Shown: piece after piece, positions 1 through 7,590 of the stretch
How positions within the stretch are numbered: the stretch's first letter is position 1
Layout of the letters: each line of letters starts with the position of its first letter
Source: an archaeon
Lineage (GTDB): Archaea; Iainarchaeota; Iainarchaeia; Iainarchaeales; CSSED10-239
NCBI GenBank assembly: GCA_037147375.1
Contig: JBAWVI010000035.1
Span: 1 to 9,244, forward strand
Direction: 5' to 3'
DNA length: 9,244 nt
Position numbers and translations under genes: made by a program
Notes under the pieces: generated by a model
Seen by the model: the letters and a program-made list of their open reading frames with translations, nothing else
What the model was told of the DNA's origin: nothing
Database searches by the model: none

Positions 1-7
1 ACCTTTT

Positions 8-823
8 TTATTTAATCTTATTCTTTAAAAAAGCAGAAAGGTGTTGGTTCTTTGTGGTCTTTAATTTTTTTGAAATTTGGGTCTTTCTTCTTTCGTGCCC
101 AAATAAAAGCATATCCCCAAGTCCAGTTCCTTCTCTAATAAAATTATTATAGGATCTTATTGAATGTTTTTCTAATAATTGTATTTCTTTAACCTTAATA
201 TTGTTTTGATATAGTTTGGTTGGAATATATTTTTCACACCATTTTTTTACACAATCATTATAATATTCTCCAAATCCAATTATCTTAACTTCTTTATTTA
301 ATCTTGAATAATATTCTTGAGATAAAAAATTTGAATCGTGACCTGGAGAAAAGGTTGTTGTTACAAACCTATCCTTTAATAGTTCTTTACCATGAGAATT
401 AAATCTTTCAAGTAAAATATCATGTACTTGCTTGTAGGTATTGTATCTAAAATGTTGAGCATATTTTTCTCCAGCTTCTTGCTTGAAATCATCAAAGGTT
501 CTTATATGTTGGTTGACTATGCATACGCAAACTTTAGGATCATTTTTATATTTTTGGATGAGTTTACCGTATTCACCAAACTCTTTTTTAATAATTTTAT
601 TAACTTTGTTTAATTCTGGTTTTACATTCTTTTTTGGATTTAATATATTTTCAACTATAGATTTTGCAAAATCATTTATGTTTAATTTTTTATAATCATC
701 TATAGATATTTTATTGAACTTATCAATACAGTGAGGGATTATCATCATATCAAAAACAAGATAGAGAGGGTGTACTAGCACAACCATAGTATCATATTTT
801 TCTACCATATTATTATCAACCAT
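8..823 (-). CDS. Hypothetical protein, tandem paralog B of an uncharacterised family with a basic C-terminal tail
   Basis: 271-aa ORF with an ATG at 823, 1 nt after the stop of the upstream ORF (825-827). It shares ordered blocks with the 825..1472 product: VVLVHPLY/VVLVHPLW, GEYGKLIQKYK/GVYGNILNKYK followed by VC, HGKELLKDRF/HGKKVLGNRF, GFGEYYNDCV/YFGECREWCV, HERRKTQ/HERRMNQ, and a Lys-rich tail. Alignment with the paralog suggests the true start may be the internal Met at 808 (MVEKYDTMVV vs MVKYNKLVV). Function unknown. Confidence 0.6.
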   Translation of the reverse strand: MVDNNMVEKYDTMVVLVHPLYLVFDMMIIPHCIDKFNKISIDDYKKLNINDFAKSIVENILNPKKNVKPELNKVNKIIKKEFGEYGKLIQKYKNDPKVCVCIVNQHIRTFDDFKQEAGEKYAQHFRYNTYKQVHDILLERFNSHGKELLKDRFVTTTFSPGHDSNFLSQEYYSRLNKEVKIIGFGEYYNDCVKKWCEKYIPTKLYQNNIKVKEIQLLEKHSIRSYNNFIREGTGLGDMLLFGHERRKTQISKKLKTTKNQHLSAFLKNKIK

Positions 824-824
824 T

Positions 825-1472
825 TTATTTTAACATATATTTTCTTTGAAGAACTTGCTTTAATTTTGGATTCTTAAGCTTTGATATCTTCTTTGCTTGT
901 TGGTTCATTCTTCTCTCATGTGCTGTTTTAATTCTTAAATTTAAACCAATATCTTCACGAAACTTATAGAAGGTTCCTTCTTGTAATAGTTTATTACTTT
1001 TAACTTCTATTCCTCTCACCTTAAATTCATCAGGAATGCATTCCATGGTTTCCTTAACACACCATTCTCTGCATTCTCCAAAATATTCTATATCTATTTT
1101 TTTTCTAAAATTATTATATACTTCTTTATCTTTGAATAGTGGACGGGATTTCGCGTCTACTTCTCCAACATAATTTGAAATAATAAATCTGTTACCAAGA
1201 ACTTTTTTGCCATGCTGCACGAAAGGAGTTATGTGGGTTTCAAGAACTTTTATATTTTCTGGAATAGTAAAATCAGGTTTGATTAATAAGAAACAAACAT
1301 CTTCTCTTTGCTTGTATTTGTTTAGAATATTACCATATACACCTAATGTTTTGGTTAGTATTGATTTTGTTTTGTTGTATGCATCAGGTGTATTTCTTTT
1401 TAGTTCATTATATTCCTTAACAAAATACCAAAGAGGGTGAACTAATACAACTAATTTATTGTACTTTACCAT
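825..1472 (-). CDS. Hypothetical protein, tandem paralog A of the same uncharacterised family
   Basis: 215-aa ORF. Its ATG at 1470-1472 directly abuts the TAA of the gins ORF (1473-1475), so it is likely translationally coupled. See the shared blocks listed for 8..823. I recognise no confident family. Confidence 0.6.
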   Translation of the reverse strand: MVKYNKLVVLVHPLWYFVKEYNELKRNTPDAYNKTKSILTKTLGVYGNILNKYKQREDVCFLLIKPDFTIPENIKVLETHITPFVQHGKKVLGNRFIISNYVGEVDAKSRPLFKDKEVYNNFRKKIDIEYFGECREWCVKETMECIPDEFKVRGIEVKSNKLLQEGTFYKFREDIGLNLRIKTAHERRMNQQAKKISKLKNPKLKQVLQRKYMLK

Positions 1473-2039
1473 TTAGTCAACCTTTTCAATTATCTCCTTT
1501 GTTTCTAGAATCTTAAAGATATCTTCTGGGATTTCAACAACTTGCCCAGTATCAAATGGACCATATTCTTTCATGTCTCCTCCAATGAATGCTGGAATGT
1601 CTTGTAAGAATTTAACTTTGATTTGAGTTGTGGTATCTACATTTTGAGATTTCTTTGATAAACCAAATATTGTATTTGTTTGTTCGTTTTGCTTGTCTAT
1701 AAGTTTAAGTATTCCTTTTGCAAAATCAATTTCAAAATCAACTAATCCTTCATCTGCAAAATCATTTGTTCTACTGTACATCAGACACATGTTCATTATT
1801 TTTTTAATTCTTATTTCTCTTATCTTTTCAGTTATTCTTTTTAAGTTTTCAAATCTTTTTAAAGTGTTTGTTGAAAAAGAATCTTCAAATGAGGAGATGT
1901 ATTTATTTCTTTCTTCTGTTAAGAATTTCTTTAATGCTTTATAAAAAGAAGAATCTAATCTTGATAATTTAGGGGACTTAGTTTCTAGTCTATATATTTT
2001 TTGTAATTCATCGTAATCAACTTTGTAATCATCACTCAA
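1473..2039 (-). CDS. GINS complex subunit, Gins51/Gins15 type (DNA replication)
   Basis: 188 aa. The N-terminal helical region (LQKIYRLE...LSRLDSSFYKALKKFLTEE...IREIRIKKI) resembles the archaeal Gins51 A-domain. It is followed by a small C-terminal beta-rich domain (GPFDTGQVVEIPEDI). Its position immediately downstream of priS matches the priS-gins linkage known in archaea. The start is TTG at 2037-2039 (no in-frame ATG upstream before a stop). An SD-like GGGGTGG (plus-strand 2045-2052) sits about 7 nt upstream. The ORF overlaps the priS stop by 8 nt. Confidence 0.65.
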   Translation of the reverse strand: MSDDYKVDYDELQKIYRLETKSPKLSRLDSSFYKALKKFLTEERNKYISSFEDSFSTNTLKRFENLKRITEKIREIRIKKIMNMCLMYSRTNDFADEGLVDFEIDFAKGILKLIDKQNEQTNTIFGLSKKSQNVDTTTQIKVKFLQDIPAFIGGDMKEYGPFDTGQVVEIPEDIFKILETKEIIEKVD

Positions 2040-3297
2040 ATGTACCCACCCCTTTTAATATGAAATAAATGCAAACGTGTTCCTCAAGCTCTATAATTTC
2101 TCCAATAGTATATGGACCATATGTTTTGTTTAATAATTTTAGTTTAGGAATTGGTTTTAGGATCTTAATAGCTTTCTTAATATCAGATTTAAAAATTATA
2201 GGATCTTTTAAAGCATCAAAATCTTTAAGTTCTTGTACATCTTTTATTAAACTTGCTAAAAAACCAGTTCCTCCATGAATTGTGTTTGGCACTCTTACTA
2301 TCTTATATATATCTTGAGCAACAGAAGGATCTATCTTAAGCCTTGTGCTTTCAATTGCTTTGTTAATGAAATTACTCCAAAATTTGTCTTGAGATGTAAA
2401 ATCACTCCACAGTATACTATTATGATACATCTTATTTAAAATGATTTCCTTATTTTCGGATATAAGTTTTGCTTTTTGAGAAGTTATGTCTAACTTTGTT
2501 TTTAGTTCTTTTTCACTTGAATCTTTAATTGTTTCTATCATGTAATCAAGTATCTTCTTACCCCAACCCTTTGCTTTGTCTGGAGAGGGAATTGACCATT
2601 GCTTATGATCTAAGATAAATCCTAGTTTTTCTAAATTAATATCGTTACCTAAGATATAGTGCATCATAATTGCTCTTGATGCTTTTGATAAAGGAATTAT
2701 CTTTGGATCTATTATTCTTACGTGGTATCCTTTTGAACCAGAAAAGGAAATAATGAAGTAATTAGGATCTAAAGAGAAATCATTTACTAGAAATTCAATT
2801 AATCTTAAAGTCTCTTCTTTTGCTTTGCCAAGACACTTATCACAAGTCCATTCAATAATTTCTGTTGGAGAATTACACTCAGTGCACTTATCTATGTGAC
2901 CATAACCTGTTTTCTTACAAGCTACATTCTTACATAACCAAGTATCGTGCTCACTCTTACATGGAAGATCAAAGTCATCAGCATCAAACTCATAAACTAT
3001 GTCTGCTCCTGTCCATTCCTTAGCTTCCATAGGTCTTTTTTCTGGATATTTAAAATAACCAACTGAGTAAGAGATGTGAAAAGGAACATTTGTTTTAAGA
3101 TAAAAATTAAAATCATTAATTGAATTGAAGAAGAGATGACGAGCACTTATCTTCTTACCAAACTCTCCTATTCCAAACTCTCTTCTTTCTGGGACTACAA
3201 TAGTTGATACTGTATTATTAAGATAATAGTTCTTAAACTTATTTCTAACATAATTAACTGAATATGAGTTAAAATAAGTTGAATCTGTACCAGACAT
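2032..3297 (-). CDS. priS: DNA primase small (catalytic) subunit PriS, archaeo-eukaryotic primase (AEP) family
   Basis: 421 aa with the three AEP catalytic motifs in order: motif I DxD in VYEFDADD (2974-2997), motif II SGSKGYHVRI, and motif III IDPSVAQDIYKIVRVPNTIHGGTG. A Zn-knuckle cysteine cluster lies between motifs I and II (CKSEHDTWLCKNVAC...CTECNS...CDKC). The C-terminal segment (YGPYTIGEIIELEEHVCIYFILKGVG) is typical of PriS. Confidence 0.9.
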   Translation of the reverse strand: MSGTDSTYFNSYSVNYVRNKFKNYYLNNTVSTIVVPERREFGIGEFGKKISARHLFFNSINDFNFYLKTNVPFHISYSVGYFKYPEKRPMEAKEWTGADIVYEFDADDFDLPCKSEHDTWLCKNVACKKTGYGHIDKCTECNSPTEIIEWTCDKCLGKAKEETLRLIEFLVNDFSLDPNYFIISFSGSKGYHVRIIDPKIIPLSKASRAIMMHYILGNDINLEKLGFILDHKQWSIPSPDKAKGWGKKILDYMIETIKDSSEKELKTKLDITSQKAKLISENKEIILNKMYHNSILWSDFTSQDKFWSNFINKAIESTRLKIDPSVAQDIYKIVRVPNTIHGGTGFLASLIKDVQELKDFDALKDPIIFKSDIKKAIKILKPIPKLKLLNKTYGPYTIGEIIELEEHVCIYFILKGVGTFE

Positions 3298-3335
3298 AGA
3301 TAATATATAGAAAGAAAGAATTAAAAAGAAGAAGT

Positions 3336-5630
3336 TTACTGCATATTTATCTCTGAAATTCCATCATTTTCTTTATCTCTTTCTATTATGTACTTGTGGG
3401 AATTCAGGGTTTCAAGTAGCTTTGTATCATGGGTTATTATAAATACCTGGGCTATATATTGAGGAATATCATCTTCTAGTACTTGAGATAGCATTTCAAC
3501 TGCTTTAGTGTCTAAATTATGAGTTGGTTCATCAAGTATTAATAAACCGAGGTTCTTGGTTAAGATTAATGCAATAGCTATTCTTATTGATAAAGCAGCA
3601 CATGCTCTTTCTCCTCCACTTAAGAAGCCTTCAACCTTTATCCATTCTTTTGATTTTGTTTGGACCTCTAAGATGTAATCGTTGTCTGATCTTAAGCGAG
3701 CTGATAAATAGTCCTTGTATGGATAAACCTTTGGCCAGATTATTGAAAGAGCATCATTTATGTTATCAATTAAGACTTTTCTTAATTGGTGCTGGGAGAC
3801 TTCAATTGATTTAATGAAATTTGAGAGATCTTGTTTCTTAATCAAATAATTTTCTTTTGTGCTTTCTAAATCCTTTCTCTTTGATTCTAACTGGTTGTAA
3901 TTTGTTATTTGCTTTTCTAGATTGTCAAGTAAAGAATTGCTTGAACTTATTCTTGCAGTTAATGATTTTATTTCATTTTCTAAAGTCAAATAAGTTGAAT
4001 TGATTTTAATGTATTCTTCTTCGTTATATGATATTTGTTTTAAACTTTCTTCGATAGCTAGTATTTCATTTTTAAGATTTTCTTTAGTATTCATTTTTTC
4101 AAGAATCATTATTGAAAGATCTATTTGCTTTAGATTATCATTAATTTTTTGAAGATATGAATCATCTTCTTTAATTTCAGTTATAGATGTTGTTAATTTT
4201 TGTATTTCTACTTGAATTTCTTCTTTTCTTTTTTGATGTTGGGTAGTTGTTATCTCTAATTGTATGAGTGCAAGATCATCTTCTTTCTGCTTTGATATTT
4301 GTTTGTCTATTTTTTCTTCATCTTGCTTTAGCTTGTCTATTTCTTTTGTTGTGACTTCTAAGTATTGCTTATTTGTTTTTAATTCTTCTTCCTTAGATAG
4401 CTGTTTTTTTTGAATATCTTCTTTTGATAATTGATTATCACAGATTGGGCATTTTGAAAAGCCTTTCTTAAGCTCAGAAATTGATTTTTCAAGTTCTGAG
4501 ATTATTGATAAGCTTGTAATCCTTTTTTGCTTGATAAGAGATAGTTGTTCTTCAATAGATTTCTTTGTAAGTATAGTCTCGTGAAGGGGGGTTGCGGATA
4601 ATTTGGTTTTAGTGTCCAAGATTCTTTGTTGTTTTTCTTTAATTTCTGCTTCCAAACGAGAAAGCTCTCTTTCAAAAGATATTCTTTCATTAACTAGTTT
4701 TGATTTTTTATTTAACTCATCTTTTGTGCTTTCAAGATCTTTGCTTAAGATTAATTTTTCTTTTTCAATGTCTTGCGTATTATACGAAATATATTTTTCA
4801 TCAAGCTTATTTAAGTTTAAATAATTATTAATATCTTCTAATTTTACTTTTTTAAAAATTAATTCTTTTGTGCGCAAATCAAAGTCTTGTTTTTTCTTTT
4901 TTTGATTTGCAAGTTCAAGTGTTAGTTTATCTTCTTTACCTTTCCCAAGAAGAAGTTCTTCTTTTAATTTATTTTGAATATCTTTTGTTTCTTTTTGTTC
5001 TAGTAGCTTTGTTTCTAGATCAAAGGAAGTTAATTGAGAAGATATTTGTGAAATTAGTTGTGTTGTTGTACTCATTTCTACATCAACTAACCTATCAAGA
5101 GTTCTTGCACCATCTTTAATAGTATCTAGTTTAATTATTCCAAATAAATCATCAAATTTTTCTTTTCTTTTGCTAGGTTGGATTTTTAAAAAGTAATCAA
5201 GCTCGTTTTGCTCAGAATAAACAATCTTTGTAAATAATTCATAATCAACTCCGAGCAATTCTTCAATCCTTGTTGTGACATCAGTTTGTTTTGGGCCAGC
5301 AATAAGTTTATTATCTAGATAAAGCTTAGCAGAGGTTATTCCTTTATCATTTATTTCTCTTTCTATCTTGTATATCTTAGAATCAATAGTTAATGTAAGT
5401 ATTATTTTTGCATTTTCCTTCTTTACTGGTTTAAACATTATTACATCTATTGTTTTTAATTTCTTATTTGAAAGAGAAGGAAATGTTCCATAGAGAGCAT
5501 AACAAATAGCATCAGTTATGCTTGACTTACCAGAACCAACCTTACCAATAATTAGGTTAGTGCCGCTTGAGAAATCAAGAGATGAAGAAAGATGTGTTTT
5601 AAAATTCTCAAGATAAATAGAATTAATCAT
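3336..5630 (-). CDS. rad50: Rad50-type SMC-like DNA double-strand-break repair ATPase
   Basis: 764 aa. Walker A is GKVGSGKSS (5520-5546). A long K/E/L-rich coiled-coil region has a central CxxC zinc hook, CPIC, at aa 394-397 (4440-4451). The ABC signature LSGGERACAALSIRIA and Walker B LLILDEPTHNLD are followed by ITHD (H-loop). The central hook favours Rad50/SbcC over condensin-type SMC. Confidence 0.85.
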   Translation of the reverse strand: MINSIYLENFKTHLSSSLDFSSGTNLIIGKVGSGKSSITDAICYALYGTFPSLSNKKLKTIDVIMFKPVKKENAKIILTLTIDSKIYKIEREINDKGITSAKLYLDNKLIAGPKQTDVTTRIEELLGVDYELFTKIVYSEQNELDYFLKIQPSKRKEKFDDLFGIIKLDTIKDGARTLDRLVDVEMSTTTQLISQISSQLTSFDLETKLLEQKETKDIQNKLKEELLLGKGKEDKLTLELANQKKKKQDFDLRTKELIFKKVKLEDINNYLNLNKLDEKYISYNTQDIEKEKLILSKDLESTKDELNKKSKLVNERISFERELSRLEAEIKEKQQRILDTKTKLSATPLHETILTKKSIEEQLSLIKQKRITSLSIISELEKSISELKKGFSKCPICDNQLSKEDIQKKQLSKEEELKTNKQYLEVTTKEIDKLKQDEEKIDKQISKQKEDDLALIQLEITTTQHQKRKEEIQVEIQKLTTSITEIKEDDSYLQKINDNLKQIDLSIMILEKMNTKENLKNEILAIEESLKQISYNEEEYIKINSTYLTLENEIKSLTARISSSNSLLDNLEKQITNYNQLESKRKDLESTKENYLIKKQDLSNFIKSIEVSQHQLRKVLIDNINDALSIIWPKVYPYKDYLSARLRSDNDYILEVQTKSKEWIKVEGFLSGGERACAALSIRIAIALILTKNLGLLILDEPTHNLDTKAVEMLSQVLEDDIPQYIAQVFIITHDTKLLETLNSHKYIIERDKENDGISEINMQ

Positions 5631-5651
5631 AGATATATATTAGGTGGATAG

Positions 5652-5661
5652 TTATAAAAAA
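5652..5661 (-). promoter_or_regulatory. Candidate archaeal TATA box for the rad50-priS-gins operon
   Basis: The minus strand reads TTTTTTATAA at -31 to -22 relative to the rad50 ATG (5630). It lies in a 189-nt AT-rich intergenic region. The spacing fits a leaderless or short-leader archaeal transcript. The call rests on the sequence pattern only. Confidence 0.3.
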
Positions 5662-5819
5662 TAATTTATTAGATTAAAAGAAGATGAATATAAGAAGGCA
5701 AAGATAATTATAATTATATTTAAACCTACTTTTTATTACTTTATATAAAAATTAAGAAAAGATATAATTACAAGCAAAATTAAAATATTTATTATTTATA
5801 CTTAATTCATATATATTTA

Positions 5820-7451
5820 TTAATTTGATTTTCCTCTCAATTCATACCAAACATTATTTCCAGCACCTTGCCTTATAATCACATTCTGTTTTATTAAATA
5901 ATTTAAATCTCTAGATGCAATCTCTCTACTTATTACAAATCTTTTTTGTAAAATCTCACTTTTTAATTTATTATTTTGCTTTAAGTAATCTAATATCCAA
6001 TTTTGTCTAATTATTGGGTTTGTGTCAACATTTGTGTCAACATTTGTGTCAACATTGGTTAGATTATAAGCTTTATCTTCAATATAATCAAATTTAGGAT
6101 TTATTTTATATGCTTTATTTGTTTTTAAAAATATATTGTGATCTATGAAAAATTGCAATTCTTCAATTAATAACTTTTTATTAACTAAATATTCATATAA
6201 AAATTTATATTGATTATATTTTAAATTAATTTTATTATTTTCTAGTTTATCAATTATCTTGGCGAGTCTTAATGAATTTATTTCTGTATCTAATTTTAAA
6301 ACAACATTATAATCATCAGATTCGGAATAATCCGGGGTGTTTTTCCCAAATCTTACTTGATTATTATACATTTTGTTTGCGCCATCTCCAAAATTTTCAA
6401 TAAAATCACATTTATATAATACATCAGAAAGTAACTTATTTCTTGCTTTGGTTTTATCATATAAATTATCCTTGGTTATTCCTTTTAAAAAACCACCTGG
6501 ACTAGATATCTTGAAAGTATTTTCGGTTTGTTGAACAACTATAGATTCATTTTCAGAATAATCTCTATGAATAATTGCATTATTTATAGCTTCTCTTATA
6601 GATTCTTCATTAAATGCAAATTCTTCTTTTAAAGATAAACCTTTTGGAATGTGGATTAAATAATTTCTAAGATTAATTTTATCCCAAATTTTATTATAAT
6701 AATCAAAATATGCAAAGCGATATATCTCCATAACTTGATTTTTTGTGAAAGTCATATTCTTTCTATATCCAAATCTTATTTCTGAATGTAATAAATGCTT
6801 AAAAATTGTTTTTTCACTACCTAACAAAATAATACAAGCAATTGTAAGCTTATTATTATCTATAAGATTTAAATGCTCTAAAAGTTGCTTATCAGAATAT
6901 GAGTTTATATCTATTCTTATTCTATTTGATTCTTTTAATTTATTTTTTAATTCATGTATAGCAGATATTGAAAGATCTTTAATAGAAGTATTAGGAACAG
7001 GTAAAGACGAAAAATCAGATATATCTTCTTTTATTTTTTTATCTATATCTTCGGAATTTAAACAAATAATTTCATCTCCTAATCTACCTAAAAATTGGCC
7101 CTCAAAATCAAGTACAATTCCTTTTGGCCTAGAGGGTACATTAATTATTAATATTCTTATATTTTTTATAATTAGTTCCTGGACTTGAATTTTTCTTTTT
7201 AATCTATAATACACATCTTTTTCTAATTTTTTAATATCTTTAAATGCATGTGTTCCAATAATTTGTCTGGGTTTTTTATCAGTTACTCCTAAAATTAATT
7301 TACCTCCACCTTCGTTTGCTAATGCAACTATATATCCTAACAAACATTTTTTACCAGTATCAAAATTAAATTGTTCTTTTGCTTCTTTAAATTCTAAATG
7401 TTCTGTTTCTTTATCAACTTTTAGTAAATCCAATAATTCTTTTTTGTTCAT
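5820..7451 (-). CDS. AlbA_2 (Schlafen-type divergent AAA) / HATPase_c_4 (RecG-C-terminal-like) / C-terminal wHTH protein; putative nucleic-acid-binding regulator
   Basis: 543 aa. The N-terminus has ETEHLEFKEAKEQF...VALANEGGGKLILGVTD, the AlbA_2 signature. The centre has REAINNAIIHRDY, the HATPase_c_4 signature. The C-terminus has ISREIASRDLNYLIKQNVIIRQGAGNNVWYEL, which is winged-HTH-like. Signatures were recognised from memory; no HMM search was run. Confidence 0.7.
   Translation of the reverse strand: MNKKELLDLLKVDKETEHLEFKEAKEQFNFDTGKKCLLGYIVALANEGGGKLILGVTDKKPRQIIGTHAFKDIKKLEKDVYYRLKRKIQVQELIIKNIRILIINVPSRPKGIVLDFEGQFLGRLGDEIICLNSEDIDKKIKEDISDFSSLPVPNTSIKDLSISAIHELKNKLKESNRIRIDINSYSDKQLLEHLNLIDNNKLTIACIILLGSEKTIFKHLLHSEIRFGYRKNMTFTKNQVMEIYRFAYFDYYNKIWDKINLRNYLIHIPKGLSLKEEFAFNEESIREAINNAIIHRDYSENESIVVQQTENTFKISSPGGFLKGITKDNLYDKTKARNKLLSDVLYKCDFIENFGDGANKMYNNQVRFGKNTPDYSESDDYNVVLKLDTEINSLRLAKIIDKLENNKINLKYNQYKFLYEYLVNKKLLIEELQFFIDHNIFLKTNKAYKINPKFDYIEDKAYNLTNVDTNVDTNVDTNPIIRQNWILDYLKQNNKLKSEILQKRFVISREIASRDLNYLIKQNVIIRQGAGNNVWYELRGKSN
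6019..6056 (-). repeat. Perfect 12-nt tandem repeat (about 3.2 copies) inside the CDS, encoding (TNVD)x3
   Basis: The plus strand reads tttgtgtcaaca three times (6019-6030, 6031-6042, 6043-6054) followed by tt. It translates on the minus strand as NLTNVDTNVDTNVDTNP, in the linker before the C-terminal wHTH. Confidence 0.95.
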
Positions 7452-7590
7452 TATTTTTCACGCATATAGGTATTGATTTTATTTAGTAACTTGTACTTTT
7501 TTAATTAAACCATATATATTACATTTTTGGGGTGTATATTCTTTTCGGGGGGGTAGCTGGCCAAGCATCATTGTGTTTAAGGAAAATCAT

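Noticed and set aside
3336-5630. Alternative identity as condensin-type SMC or a RecF/RecN-like ATPase
   Set aside because: A mid-coiled-coil CxxC zinc hook (CPIC) replaces an SMC hinge domain. The length and the head motifs fit Rad50/SbcC. The archaeal context favours Rad50.
5631-5819. AT-rich 189-nt intergenic region as a replication origin
   Set aside because: No repeated ORB-like elements or inverted mini-ORBs are visible, and there is no adjacent orc1/cdc6. It is adequately explained as a terminator (T-tracts on the minus strand around 5776-5788) plus the promoter for rad50.
6745-7188. 147-aa plus-strand ORF antisense to the AlbA_2-family gene, and similar antisense or out-of-frame ORFs (422-613, 483-695, 1207-1440, 1693-1944, 2069-2278, 3587-3814, 4502-4690, 4603-4824, 4868-5119, 8468-8671)
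   Set aside because: All lie wholly inside longer ORFs that carry clear family motifs. Their products are low-complexity and F/L/I/S-rich, as expected for the antisense of K/E/N-rich AT-rich coding sequence. None has a recognisable domain.
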